Shown: positions 9,925-19,941 of the stretch, piece by piece
Layout of the letters: each line of letters begins with the position of its first letter
Position numbering within the stretch: the stretch's first letter is position 1
DNA from: Bacillota bacterium
Lineage (GTDB): Bacteria; Bacillota; Ch66; Ch109
Assembly: GCA_050952625.1 (NCBI GenBank)
Contig: JBMNLH010000001.1
Location: 512,001-576,000 of the forward strand
Length of the DNA stretch: 64,000 nucleotides
Reading direction: 5' to 3'
Made by a program: the position numbers and the translations under genes
Notes under the pieces: model-generated
Databases searched by the model: none
Seen by the model: only the letters and a program-made list of their open reading frames with translations
Told to the model about the DNA's origin: nothing

Positions 9925-10698
9925 GTGTTCCATAGTTTAAAGAAAATCTTTCTGACTGGGAAGCCTGCCCAGCAGACCGACCAGTTAACCCGGCGGTTTA
10001 GATTAAACCAACGTCAGATAATACTAGGGGTCTTGACTCTTTTATTGATCTGCGGTTTACAGGTTTATCGGGCCGAAATGGCTGTCGGTCAAAGAACAAC
10101 CCTTTATTGGGGAAGTACCGGGTCCGATGTGCGTCTCTTACAGTCAAAACTTAGCAATTGGGGTTATTACAAGGGCGGTATTGATGGAGTGTTTGGGCCC
10201 GATACTGCCCGGGCAGTGCGTGAGTTTCAACAAAAGAACGGCTTGGTCACGGATGGTATTGTCGGACCGGCCACTTGGGCGGCTTTAGGTTATTCCACGA
10301 CGATCGGCACCCAAACTGTTTCGGTCAGCAGCAAGGGGGTTTCCCAGAGCGATAATGTGGAATTACTAGCCCGGGCGATTACCGGGGAGGCCCGTGGCGA
10401 ATCATACCTTGGTCAAGTCGCGGTGGCCGCCGTGATTTTGAATCGGGTCGAGGATCCGCGTTTCCCGAATACCATTGCCGGGGTGATCTATCAACCCGGG
10501 GCATTTACCGCGGTGGCTGATGGCCAGATTAACCTACAACCCACGGAGAGTTCCCGAAGAGCCGCGATTGATGCTTTAAATGGGTGGGATCCTACTTATG
10601 GCTCAGTGTATTACTACAATCCAGCCAAGGCAACTAGTGCCTGGATCTGGTCACGCCCACGGACCTTAACGATTGGCAAGCACGTTTTTGCTAACTAG
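9925..10698 (+). CDS. sleB: Spore cortex-lytic enzyme
   Basis: PG-binding domain plus Hydrolase_2 (LARAITGEARGE, YYYNP, IGKHVF). Followed by ypeB. Confidence 0.93.
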   Translation: MFHSLKKIFLTGKPAQQTDQLTRRFRLNQRQIILGVLTLLLICGLQVYRAEMAVGQRTTLYWGSTGSDVRLLQSKLSNWGYYKGGIDGVFGPDTARAVREFQQKNGLVTDGIVGPATWAALGYSTTIGTQTVSVSSKGVSQSDNVELLARAITGEARGESYLGQVAVAAVILNRVEDPRFPNTIAGVIYQPGAFTAVADGQINLQPTESSRRAAIDALNGWDPTYGSVYYYNPAKATSAWIWSRPRTLTIGKHVFAN

Positions 10699-10724
10699 AG
10701 CTTGAGTGAAAGGATGAGTTTAAG

Positions 10725-12116
10725 ATGAGGCTTAATGATTTGAGTCTAAAAGATCATTGGCTCAAACGGAATTGGCCCGCTTTTGTCTTAACGATAATTC
10801 TGCTGGGTACGTTCGTTTGGGGACTCACACAGTATCGGGCGAAAACTCAGTTAAATACTTTTGTGGAGAACAGTTATCAACGTTCTTTTTACGAAATGAT
10901 CCAGAACGTCGAAAACGTGGAGGTTCTGCTGGCGAAAGGGCTGGTCTCGAATTCGCCTCGCCAAAATATCGTCTTGTTTTCGAATGTTTGGCGGGAGGCA
11001 TATTCCGCTCAAGAAAAGCTAAGCCAGTTACCTATTGCCCATGAATTAATTGAGCGGACTTCTAAGTTTTTGAATCAGATCGGTGATTTTAGTTTTACAC
11101 TGGCCCGTCAGATTGCGGATAAGCAAGACCTTTCCGCGGAACAGCGCAATAGTCTGCAGAGTTTGCAAAAAGAGGCGGATTTTTTGTCCACCGAGCTTCA
11201 TGCCTTGCGGAACAGTATCGGAACCAATCAATTTGCCTGGGCCGATATGCGCCAAACCGGGACCGCCAAGTTTCGTGAAGTGGCCCCGCAGCTATCTGAA
11301 GTTAGTTTTCAAAAGATAAATACCCAAATAGAGGGAACACCAACTTTAATCTACGATGGCCCTTTCTCTGATCATATTAATCAGATGAAACCGCTGGGCG
11401 TTACCGGCGAGGCAATTTCAGCTGAAGAAGCGGCGCGAATTGCCATGGAAAAAGCCGATCTCTTGCCCAATGTTCAATATACTCCGACTCAGATGGGAAC
11501 CGGGGAAGGAACTATCCCCATCTACCGGATTCATATTACCCCATCTCAGGGACAGACTCAGGACCAAATTATTATGGATATTAGCCAAACCGGGGGTCAT
11601 GTCGTTACTTACCTGAATTCTCGGCCTGTGGAGGGAGTCGGCTTAAATGGGGTTCAGGCTCAGGAAAAGGCAATCGATTACTTAAAGAAAAAGGGTTTTC
11701 CAGACCTTACGGTTACCTATGCGCAGGTGGATGATAGTTCGGCCACGATCGCTTTTGCCGGGGTGCTGGACGGAGTGATTCTTTATCCTGACCAAATCAA
11801 AGTTAAGGTGGCCTTGGATAATGGGCAGATCATCGGCGTGGATGCCCTGGGCTACCTGATGTCGCATCATCCACGCCAGTTAGTCAAACCCCGAGTGTCG
11901 GAAGATGAGGTACGGACCCAGGTGGCAGATCGCTTAAACATCGAACACGTTCGCCAGGCAATCATCCCCTTGGAGACTCGGCGGGAGGTTCAATGTTGGG
12001 AAGTAAAGGGTAATTGGCAGGAAGAAGACTTCTATCTTTACTATAATGTGCTTGATGGGAACGAAGAAAAGATCTTAAAGGTAATCAAGACGCCTCAGGG
12101 GCCGCTGACTGTATAG
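10725..12116 (+). CDS. ypeB: Germination protein YpeB
   Basis: ENSYQRSF, PTLIYDGPFSDH, YPDQIKVKVALDNG. Confidence 0.93.
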   Translation: MRLNDLSLKDHWLKRNWPAFVLTIILLGTFVWGLTQYRAKTQLNTFVENSYQRSFYEMIQNVENVEVLLAKGLVSNSPRQNIVLFSNVWREAYSAQEKLSQLPIAHELIERTSKFLNQIGDFSFTLARQIADKQDLSAEQRNSLQSLQKEADFLSTELHALRNSIGTNQFAWADMRQTGTAKFREVAPQLSEVSFQKINTQIEGTPTLIYDGPFSDHINQMKPLGVTGEAISAEEAARIAMEKADLLPNVQYTPTQMGTGEGTIPIYRIHITPSQGQTQDQIIMDISQTGGHVVTYLNSRPVEGVGLNGVQAQEKAIDYLKKKGFPDLTVTYAQVDDSSATIAFAGVLDGVILYPDQIKVKVALDNGQIIGVDALGYLMSHHPRQLVKPRVSEDEVRTQVADRLNIEHVRQAIIPLETRREVQCWEVKGNWQEEDFYLYYNVLDGNEEKILKVIKTPQGPLTV

Positions 12117-12152
12117 TCAGCTTATGGAAGCGGTTTTAGTGGCAGAAAAGGA

Positions 12153-12216
12153 GTGAGCTCGTCCAGCTTCGCTGAACATCGCAGCTTCAGGTAGAGAATC
12201 TACTCCACCTGAAGTT
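12153..12216 (+). repeat. Dispersed repeat family A copy
   Basis: GTGAGCTCGTCCAGCTTCGCTGAACATCGCAGCTTCAGGTAGAGAATCTACTCCACCTGAAG. Confidence 0.8.
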
Positions 12217-12327
12217 GTTTGTGTATTGTGCATTTGTGTATCTGTGTATCTGTTTGCGCGGAAGGAATCTCATGTGTTAAGATTGAAATAATTTACTGGC
12301 ATATTTTACATATAAGGGCGTGATGTT

Positions 12328-12798
12328 GTGCTTGGACCAAACCGGGAAGTCGAGATTTATACAGATGGTGCCTGTTCTGGCAATCCTGGGCCAGGGGGCT
12401 GGGCCGCGGTCCTGATCTACGGAGAAAAGAAGCGGGAAATTTCGGGCTATAGCGAGTATACAACTAATCAGCGAATGGAGCTCCAGGCCGCTATTGAAGG
12501 GCTCAAAGCCCTAAAGTATTCCTGTCAAGTAAAATTGTACAGCGATAGTGCCTATCTAATTAATGCTTTTACTAAAAACTGGCTTTTAAAGTGGCAGCAA
12601 AATGGGTGGCTTAACGTAAAAAAAGAGCCGGTAGAGAACCAGGATCAGTGGCAGATCCTGCTCGAACTAGCTCGTAAACATGAGGTTAATTGGATTAAGG
12701 TCCAGGGTCACGCAGATAATGAATATAACAATCGGTGTGATCAATTAGCCCGGTCTGCCATCGAGGCTAAGGCCGGGGTAGATCAGCGAAACGACTGA
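12328..12798 (+). CDS. rnhA: Ribonuclease HI
   Basis: YTDGACSGNPGPGG, TTNQRMEL, WIKVQGH, N.RCD.LA. Confidence 0.95.
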   Translation: MLGPNREVEIYTDGACSGNPGPGGWAAVLIYGEKKREISGYSEYTTNQRMELQAAIEGLKALKYSCQVKLYSDSAYLINAFTKNWLLKWQQNGWLNVKKEPVENQDQWQILLELARKHEVNWIKVQGHADNEYNNRCDQLARSAIEAKAGVDQRND

Positions 12799-12804
12799 GA
12801 TCAT

Positions 12805-13554
12805 CTAGCGGCTCCATTCGCCCATGGTCAATAATTCGGAAACAGTTACAAAACGATAGCCTTGTTCCTTTAGACCATTAATAATGGTGGGCAGGGCATC
12901 AACGGTCTGTTTACAGGTGTCGCTAGCGTGCATTAAGATAATATCGCCTGGATGAGCTCTGGCCAGCACACGTTTCGTAATTGCCTCAATTCCGGGATTT
13001 TTCCAGTCCAGAGAATCAGTCCCCCATTGGATAACTTGATAACCGCACTCATTCGCCGCCATAATGACGTGATCGGCATAGTCCCCATTCGGCGTACGGA
13101 TTAGTTTTGGAGAAGTACCGGTCACTTCCTGCAGGATATTATGCGCCTGCATTATTTCTTGTTTGATTTCATCTGGCTGGAGTGTACTCAAGTTGATGTG
13201 CCGTTGGCCATGGCTGGCTACCTCATGACCATTGTCAGCGATCCGGCGCGGAATCTCCGGGTACTTTTGGGCCCAGGGACCGGACAAAAAGAAGGTTGCT
13301 TTTACTTGGTTTTCTTCCAAGATATCCAGGACCGGTGTGGGCGTCTGAGTTCCCCAGCTAATATCAAAGGTCAGGGCTAAAACCTTTTCGCTGGTTTTTA
13401 CTTCGTAGATGGGCTTAATGCGGCTGGTTGCCTGGACATAGACAATGCTGGCACTTATTACGATCAAGGATAGACTTAGAGCAATGATCAATTTAGCCCG
13501 AGTGGATAGGGGATAGAAACAGAGGACTTTCACCAAAGGAACCTCCTTTTGCAT
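12805..13554 (-). CDS. pdaB: Polysaccharide deacetylase family sporulation protein
   Basis: ALTFDISWG, ATFF, EVASHG, RTPNG, IILMHASD. Confidence 0.85.
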   Translation of the reverse strand: MQKEVPLVKVLCFYPLSTRAKLIIALSLSLIVISASIVYVQATSRIKPIYEVKTSEKVLALTFDISWGTQTPTPVLDILEENQVKATFFLSGPWAQKYPEIPRRIADNGHEVASHGQRHINLSTLQPDEIKQEIMQAHNILQEVTGTSPKLIRTPNGDYADHVIMAANECGYQVIQWGTDSLDWKNPGIEAITKRVLARAHPGDIILMHASDTCKQTVDALPTIINGLKEQGYRFVTVSELLTMGEWSR

Positions 13555-13847
13555 TGTAAATACAACTATTAAATACTATTTTTGGAGAAGGTCGGTTATG
13601 ATTTTGATTTAGTGTAAATAATTGGGAAATAATAATCATAATCGGCCTAACGATTACTGTTGACTTTTTATTCGGTAGCGTTATAATAATTAATGCATTT
13701 AGTTGTTGTCTGTAACGTTAGATCGGTCAGCATTGATTACTTGATTGGCAGATATTTACGAAGTTATGCTTAAATACGAAGTTATAGTTAAATAAAGTTG
13801 CTAAAGCGAAAACCTTATGTTAAAATGATGATCAGATAAGAAAGAGT

Positions 13848-13922
13848 GGGCCGTTAGCTCAGTGGGAGAGCACTTCCTTGACGCGGAAGGGGCCGCTAGT
13901 TCAATCCTAGCACGGCCCACCA
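13848..13922 (+). tRNA. tRNA-Val(GAC)
   Basis: GGGCCGTTAGCTCAGTGGGAGAGC...TTGACGC...AGTTCAATCC...ACCA, followed by a terminator at 13927-13957. Confidence 0.93.
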
Positions 13923-14066
13923 TGAAAAAACGCCAGTTAATAAACTGGCTTTCTTTAATTTAAAGAACCCTTGCTTTTACAAGTAAGGGTTAAATTCATT
14001 CTAGTTATAGTGGAGTTTAGCCTCAGTCTAAAACCTAGTATCCAGTCAACTGAACAGGTGTTGATT

Positions 14067-14238
14067 GCGCAGTGTTTTATGTAGGTCAGCAATTGACGAT
14101 CTGCATCTAAGAACGGAACGAAGACGGCTGAGGGTAAGCAGGCATCACTATTCAAGCCTGAAGGAAAGTTTGATGCCTGCTTGAAGCACTCGAGGTTCGT
14201 TCCCAGCCTAGTCTGCTGACCGAGTAAAACACAAGCGT
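14067..14238. repeat. ~170-bp long imperfect hairpin element (repeat family B)
   Basis: Four nested inverted pairs. Its ends recur at 34144-34188 and 53943-53954. Confidence 0.7.
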
Positions 14239-14267
14239 AGATTAATTTTCAAATTGCAATTAAACGC

Positions 14268-14384
14268 TTAACAACGCCGGCATCCAAAGCCTCCAAAAAT
14301 GAAGATGAAGAAAATGATTATGATTATCCACCAAAAACTCCGGCCACCACCCAACAAATCAACGTCCGAATAGCCTCTATTCAT
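14268..14384 (-). CDS. 38-aa membrane peptide, YjcZ/SscA-like sporulation protein
   Basis: MNRGYSDVDLLGGGRSFWWIIIIIFFIFIFGGFGCRRC with SD AAAGGAGGA. Not in the ORF track. Confidence 0.7.
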   Translation of the reverse strand: MNRGYSDVDLLGGGRSFWWIIIIIFFIFIFGGFGCRRC

Positions 14385-14702
14385 TGCTTTATCCTCCTTT
14401 CACAATTATCTGTTTAACCATTTACTTATTTCAATTCATTTTATTCGGTTACCAGATAAATGGTGAAACCCCGAAGACAGGAAAATAAGCCAGTTAACTA
14501 ATTTAATAGAATAATTTGTTAGATATTAATTAATAATTTAAGAAAAAAAGGAAATTCTAATAATCCGGGCTATTCATCATTCACTTGAAATACGGGAAAA
14601 AGAAAAAATGGTGTTACAAAATTAGTCAAAATACCCCTTGAGTTATCGGTTGTTGCGCTATAGAATTATACATCATAATTTATCAGGAGGTTTGATGGGT
14701 CT

Positions 14703-14849
14703 ATGAATAAGGAATTGATTGAGGAGATTTTGAATACGGTAGGACTTGAGTCTGATAATTTTGAAAATGAGTTAAATTCTGGGACACAGGAAGCTTTGTT
14801 AAACCGAATGCCGGAGAGATCTCGTTCTTCTGGACTAACTCTTAAATAG
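14703..14849 (+). CDS. Possible 48-aa acidic hypothetical protein
   Basis: MNKELIEEILNTVGLESDNF... with AGGAGG 12 nt upstream and a promoter-like TTGAGT..TAGAAT. Confidence 0.35.
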   Translation: MNKELIEEILNTVGLESDNFENELNSGTQEALLNRMPERSRSSGLTLK

Positions 14850-15014
14850 TTTCATTTTATTTGTTTCCAAAACTATTAGATAGTATCGGATCAGGTTGTT
14901 GCTTGGTCTGATGCTAATTTTGGAGTAGGAGACGCGAGTATATGTGCTTAACCGGGTACATAAAATAAATATTAGATCGCGAAAGTATTAAAGGCCGAAA
15001 GGGGGTTTCGTACG

Positions 15015-15941
15015 GTGAATCCGACTGTCTCCGTAGGAGCCACCAAGAACGTTGATGTCCTCCGTGATCGGCTCTATTCAGGCTCACAGAACCTCCAGAA
15101 GCGAGGAGTTAAGCTGGTTCTCAGTACCCGGGAAGCTGGCAATATTACTTTCTTGGGCTGTAACTTGATTCCGCTGGATCGAGTTACCAAAACGGCTGAA
15201 CCTCAGGCCTTGATTTTACGTCAGTATTTGGCGAGAACTGTAGCTGAGCTTATCACTACCGATTGGGAAAAAATTTTATTAAGTAAAATGATTGACCATC
15301 AGAAGGATCTCTTTACCCCGGTCGAACGGAAGCAGATTCTGGAAAGAGCAGAACGTTTTTTAGAGTTGACTGATGGAATCGCGGGTTTTGGCACCAGTGA
15401 AAAAGCCGGATCGTCCAAGGGTAATTCCAATCGGCGGAACCTGATTCGACAAGCGGTGCTAGAGTATCTTGAAGCCAATGATGAGTTGGTGATAGATGGT
15501 TTTTTGCGTTTCCGCCTGAAGCATTATCTTGATCAGTTAAGTCAGGCCGTCGATTCAGCGATTGATGAATTGATGATGGAGAGGGAATACCAGGAGTTTA
15601 TCCGCCTCTTAAGATATTTTGTGGAAATCCAGGAACCGCGGGCTAACCAGGTCCACGTCGTTATGCGCCCCACTGGAATTTTTCACATCTACGACTCTCA
15701 TGGGCACCCGGTGGAACATGATTATCTGAATGGTTTCTTGCTGGACGTCGTGGAGACCGATTTAAACTACGAAGACCTGTTAATCAGTGCCTTGATCACA
15801 ATTGCCCCCCAGCAGATAACTATCCACCTAGCCGAAGCAAGCCAAATCGGCGAATCGGTAGAGACTATTCAAGAAGTTTTTGATGGTCGGGTAATTGTTT
15901 GCCCGGGTTGCGAGCACTGCCTTCGGTATAATAAATTATAG
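15015..15941 (+). CDS. ytxC: Sporulation protein YtxC family
   Basis: IDGFLRFRL, EREYQEFIRLLRYFV, LISALITIAP. Syntenic with thrS. Confidence 0.9.
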   Translation: MNPTVSVGATKNVDVLRDRLYSGSQNLQKRGVKLVLSTREAGNITFLGCNLIPLDRVTKTAEPQALILRQYLARTVAELITTDWEKILLSKMIDHQKDLFTPVERKQILERAERFLELTDGIAGFGTSEKAGSSKGNSNRRNLIRQAVLEYLEANDELVIDGFLRFRLKHYLDQLSQAVDSAIDELMMEREYQEFIRLLRYFVEIQEPRANQVHVVMRPTGIFHIYDSHGHPVEHDYLNGFLLDVVETDLNYEDLLISALITIAPQQITIHLAEASQIGESVETIQEVFDGRVIVCPGCEHCLRYNKL

Positions 15942-16134
15942 ACTGTTAAAAATCTTCATTCACAGTCGACAGTCGAAAAACGTTTATAAGATTATTGAAA
16001 AACCGGTGAGGTGCCGGTTTTTCTTTGTTCCTAAAGATATGATTTTCCGTTTTGCTTGCCCGGGTTAACTGGTAGCGTTACAATTAAGGTGTTTCGACAT
16101 ATTTTTGTTAATAACCGGGCTAGGTTTTTAGTTA

Positions 16135-16770
16135 TTGGTAACGAAAGAAGGTAAAACCGTGGTTGGTCAAGTTTTTCAAATTATACTGATCCCAGTTATT
16201 GGGGCAATAATTGGTTGGGTTACCAACGTTTTGGCTATTCGCCTTCTTTTTTATCCGCGTCAGCCTTTTCGTCTCCCGGTAGTTGGTTACGAGGTGCAAG
16301 GGCTGATCCCCAAACGTCGTTTGGATTTAGCCCGGGATATTGGGCGAGTGGTTGAAAAAGAACTTCTCTCATTGGACGATGTCTTAACCCGGATCAATAC
16401 CCCGGAAATCCAACTGCGGATAGCTGATACGGCAAGTAAACAGGTGGTTAGTCAAGTAAAAGGAAAAATCCCTAATTATATACCTCGCAGCGTTGTTCGG
16501 TTAATCGAGGAAGGGGTTTACTCCTGGTTGCTTAAAGAATTCCCATCTCTCTATGAGAAAACAATTTATCAAGTATCTGGGCAGGTTAAAGAGGAGATCA
16601 AAGTAGCGGAAATAATCGAGCATAAGCTGCACCAGTTTGAGTTGGAAAAATTTGAAGAATTGGTTAATGGAGTGGCGTCTCGGGAATTCCGCCATATCGA
16701 GTGGGTGGGAGCGATCTTAGGTTTCTTTATTGGCCTGGTTCAGGTCGGGGTATTTTATGTTTTTCAGTAG
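16135..16770 (+). CDS. DUF445 (YheB-like) membrane protein
   Basis: IGAIIGWVTNVLAIRLLF.P, QGLIPKRR, GAILGFFIG. Confidence 0.85.
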   Translation: MVTKEGKTVVGQVFQIILIPVIGAIIGWVTNVLAIRLLFYPRQPFRLPVVGYEVQGLIPKRRLDLARDIGRVVEKELLSLDDVLTRINTPEIQLRIADTASKQVVSQVKGKIPNYIPRSVVRLIEEGVYSWLLKEFPSLYEKTIYQVSGQVKEEIKVAEIIEHKLHQFELEKFEELVNGVASREFRHIEWVGAILGFFIGLVQVGVFYVFQ

Positions 16771-16787
16771 GAAAGGAGCATTGTAAC

Positions 16788-18704
16788 ATGGAAACAATTA
16801 AAGTATCACTAAAAGACGGATCAGTGAGAGAGTATCCGGTCGGGACGACTATCGGCCAGGTGGCGGAGAGCATTAGCCGGGGCTTGGCATCTAGGGCTCT
16901 AGTGGGTAAATTTAATGAACAGATTAAGGATTTAAGCCACCCCTTAATGGAAGATGGTCGACTGGATATCCTGACTTTTGATCAGGAAGAAGGTCGTGAG
17001 GTTTACCGGCACAGCTCTGCCCATATTTTGGCTCAAGCCGTGCAGAAGCTTTTCCCGGGTACCCGCTTGGGGATCGGGCCGGCGATTGAAAATGGTTTTT
17101 ATTATGATTTTGACTGTCTTCAATCGTTTACGCCCCAGGATCTGGAACGAATTGAGAAAGAGATGGCGGCCATTGTTAAGGCGGACCATCCCTTTGTGCG
17201 GCAAGAGGTGAGTCGGGAGGAAGCGATCCGCATCTTTACCGAACGGGGAGAAAACTACAAGGTTGAGCTGATCAACGATCTACCGGAGGACGCAACCATC
17301 ACCCTGTATCAACAGGGAGAGTTTCTCGACCTGTGTGCTGGCCCCCATGTCTCTTCGACTGGAAAAATTAGGGCCCTGAAGTTAATGAGCTTGGCCGGGG
17401 CTTACTGGCGGGGCAGTGAAAAAAATAAAATGCTGCAGCGGATTTACGGAACCTCTTTTGCTAAAAAAGCAGACCTCGATGAATACCTGTTCCAGTTGGA
17501 AGAAGCCAAACGCCGGGATCACCGGAAACTGGGGGCTGAGCTTGGCCTATTTGCCATCCTCGAAGAGGGACCCGGTTTTCCTTTTTTCTTACCCAAAGGA
17601 ATGATCCTCCGCAATCAATTGGAAAGTTACTGGCGGGAACTACACCAGTGCTGGGGTTACCAGGAGATCCGAACTCCGATTATTTTGCGCCGGGAAATGT
17701 GGGAACAGTCTGGCCACTGGGATCATTATAAAGAGAACATGTATTTCACGAAGATTGATGAAGATGATTTTGCCGTTAAGCCTATGAATTGCCCGGGGGC
17801 GATCCTGGTCTACCGGACCCAACTCCACAGCTATCGGGAGTTTCCGCTGCGCTTAGCAGAAATGGGCCTAGTCCACCGGCATGAAAAATCCGGGGTCTTG
17901 CACGGGTTGATGCGAGTCAGAGCCTTTACCCAGGATGATGCGCATATTTTTTGCTTAACCTCTCAGATCACTCAGGAGATTAAAGGGGTAATCGATTTGG
18001 TTGATGAGGTTTACCGGCTGTTCGGATTTTCCTACCATGTTGAACTGTCGACTCGGCCCGAGAAGTCAATGGGGTCACCAGAGATTTGGGAACAAGCGAC
18101 CAATGCCTTGCGCATAGCTATGGAAGAAAAAGGGATGGAGTATAAGGTAAATGAGGGTGATGGGGCTTTTTATGGGCCAAAGATTGACTTTCACCTGCGT
18201 GACTCCATCGGCCGAACCTGGCAGTGCGGGACGATCCAACTTGATTTCCAGATGCCGGAGAAATTTGATCTCACTTACATTGGCGAAGATGGGCAACGGC
18301 ACCGTCCAGTGATGATTCACCGGGTGGCTTTTGGGAGCATCGAACGGTTTATTGGGATTTTGATCGAACACTATGCCGGGGCTTTTCCGACCTGGTTGGC
18401 TCCGGTACAAGCTCGGGTTATTCCGATTACTGAACGGCACCATGAATATGCCCGGACCGTGGGTGCTAATCTGGCTGCGCAGGGTTTCCGAGTGGACATT
18501 GATGACCGCAGTGAGAAGGTTGGCTACAAAATCAGAGAAGGACAATTGGCCAAGATCCCGTATCTTCTAGTGGTAGGCGATAAGGAGCAGGAAAATAGTC
18601 AAGTAGCGGTTCGAGATCGGGCTAAGGGTGATCTGGGAGCAATGCCGTTAACCACTTTTGCCGCTCAATTGCAGGCGGAAAGTACTTGGAACAGCCGGGC
18701 ATAG
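16788..18704 (+). CDS. thrS: Threonyl-tRNA synthetase
   Basis: TGS domain, HSSAH, KPMNCP, RVRAFTQDDAH, GAFYGPK. ATG at 16788 after AAGGAG. Confidence 0.97.
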   Translation: METIKVSLKDGSVREYPVGTTIGQVAESISRGLASRALVGKFNEQIKDLSHPLMEDGRLDILTFDQEEGREVYRHSSAHILAQAVQKLFPGTRLGIGPAIENGFYYDFDCLQSFTPQDLERIEKEMAAIVKADHPFVRQEVSREEAIRIFTERGENYKVELINDLPEDATITLYQQGEFLDLCAGPHVSSTGKIRALKLMSLAGAYWRGSEKNKMLQRIYGTSFAKKADLDEYLFQLEEAKRRDHRKLGAELGLFAILEEGPGFPFFLPKGMILRNQLESYWRELHQCWGYQEIRTPIILRREMWEQSGHWDHYKENMYFTKIDEDDFAVKPMNCPGAILVYRTQLHSYREFPLRLAEMGLVHRHEKSGVLHGLMRVRAFTQDDAHIFCLTSQITQEIKGVIDLVDEVYRLFGFSYHVELSTRPEKSMGSPEIWEQATNALRIAMEEKGMEYKVNEGDGAFYGPKIDFHLRDSIGRTWQCGTIQLDFQMPEKFDLTYIGEDGQRHRPVMIHRVAFGSIERFIGILIEHYAGAFPTWLAPVQARVIPITERHHEYARTVGANLAAQGFRVDIDDRSEKVGYKIREGQLAKIPYLLVVGDKEQENSQVAVRDRAKGDLGAMPLTTFAAQLQAESTWNSRA

Positions 18705-18753
18705 TAAACATAGTGGCATGGATACCGCTAAGCAGCACCGTGCAAATTATCAA

Positions 18754-18862
18754 TTTTATTTAAAGTAGTCGCGCCTCTTTCCTGTTGGGCAGTTTCTGCG
18801 GTGCTAAAGTTCTACTTCTATTTCACGCAGTTCTTTCCTGTAGGCTTAGATACGGTGCTCCT
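18754..18862 (-). repeat. Solo inverted copy of the 107-bp pheS-pheT repeat unit
   Basis: Revcomp AGGAGCACCGTATCTAAGCCTACAGGAAAGAACTGCGTG...GAGGCGCGACTA matches the array at 24007. Confidence 0.93.
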
Positions 18863-18938
18863 TTGTTGACCTCCGTTAAGACAATGCGCGATGTTCCTGT
18901 TTTCAGAGTAATAAGGGAATAAGCATACTGATTTAGCG

Positions 18939-18967
18939 TTGACATGACTTGCCTGGCCTGCTATAAT
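18939..18967 (+). promoter_or_regulatory. SigA promoter of the infC operon
   Basis: TTGACA-17-TATAAT. Confidence 0.8.
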
Positions 18968-19003
18968 ATCTTTTGTTATAGATAATATAGGAGTCTTAAC
19001 GTT

Positions 19004-19128
19004 TAAGAAGAAGCCATCCGCTTCTCACCTTACGGTATCTCCAGGATTGCTGGTAAGGTTTTAGAATGTATTACTTTTTGATATGGAAGTAGTATCGTTT
19101 AGCGGGTGGAAAATTCTCCCGCTTTTTT
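19004..19128 (+). promoter_or_regulatory. Ribosomal protein L20 leader
   Basis: AAGAAGAAGCCATCCGCTTCTCACCT...GCGGGTGG...CCCGCTTTTT upstream of infC-rpmI-rplT. Confidence 0.8.
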
Positions 19129-19159
19129 ATTTTTAAATAATGGGTGGAGGTGGCGTCAC

Positions 19160-19672
19160 ATCAGCAAAGACCTGAGAATCAATGATGAGATTAGGGCCCG
19201 GGAGGTTCGCCTAGTCGGGGAAAATGGAGAGCAGTTAGGTATTTTTCCAGTTAGAGAGGCTTTGCGCGTTAGCCTGGAAAAGGGGTTGGACCTGGTAGAG
19301 GTTGCTCCAACGGCGAAGCCCCCGGTATGCCGGCTGATGGACTACGGGAAATTTCGGTATGAGCAATCAAAGCGTGATCGGGAAGCGCGGAAGAAGCAAA
19401 AAATCATTACTATTAAAGAGGTTAAGATCCGACCCAAAATTGAGAGCCATGACTTGGAAGTAAAGACGAAAAACGCGGAGCGTTTCTTGAAGGATGGGGA
19501 TAAAGTAAAAGTCACGGTAATGTTTAGAGGGCGCGAAATTACTCATCCGGCCTTGGGAAAACAGCTTTGTGAACAAATGGCCGAAATGTTAAGAGAAATA
19601 GCTAACGTTGAGAGAGAAGCCAAGCTTGAAGGACGCAATATGATCATGATCCTGTCTCCCAAGCATGAATGA
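19160..19672 (+). CDS. infC: Translation initiation factor IF-3 (ATC start)
   Basis: [32 protein letters not shown] followed by an in-frame ATC, the known non-canonical infC start. Confidence 0.95.
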   Translation: MSKDLRINDEIRAREVRLVGENGEQLGIFPVREALRVSLEKGLDLVEVAPTAKPPVCRLMDYGKFRYEQSKRDREARKKQKIITIKEVKIRPKIESHDLEVKTKNAERFLKDGDKVKVTVMFRGREITHPALGKQLCEQMAEMLREIANVEREAKLEGRNMIMILSPKHE

Positions 19673-19710
19673 ATATATATAAAATATTTTGGAAGAGAGG
19701 AGGAATTATC

Positions 19711-19908
19711 GTGCCCAAGATTAAGACACATAGAGGAGCTGCTAAGAGATTTAAGAAAACAGGTACTGGCAAGATAAAGCGAGCAAAGGCGTTTAAAAGC
19801 CATATTCTGGAAAAGAAAACAGCCAAGCGGAAGCGCAACTTACGGCAGGGTACCATGGTTAGTGCAGCTGATGCCCAACGAGTTGCTCGTTTAATTCCTT
19901 ATGCCTAG
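19711..19908 (+). CDS. rpmI: 50S ribosomal protein L35
   Basis: [24 protein letters not shown] start after AGGAGG. Confidence 0.96.
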   Translation: MPKIKTHRGAAKRFKKTGTGKIKRAKAFKSHILEKKTAKRKRNLRQGTMVSAADAQRVARLIPYA

Positions 19909-19941
19909 TTAATATTATTTGTTCTAAAGGAGGTACCGCCC

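Noticed and set aside
12218-12256. Short 8-mer tandem (TGTGTATC-like), and the GTTGTTA x3 repeat at ~28092-28112
   Set aside because: Too short and degenerate to support a function.
13757-13785. Two TACGAAGTTAT motifs identical to part of a loxP arm
   Set aside because: They are direct rather than inverted, 18 bp apart, with no recombinase nearby. Most likely a short duplication in the tRNA promoter region.
13848-15000. Integrative element at tRNA-Val or at the tRNA cluster
   Set aside because: No integrase and no duplicated tRNA 3' end were found in the window.
15942-16787. T-box upstream of thrS (and of tyrS at 42067-42234)
   Set aside because: No GGTGG.ACCGCG box or terminator is seen. 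thrS directly follows the DUF445 gene.
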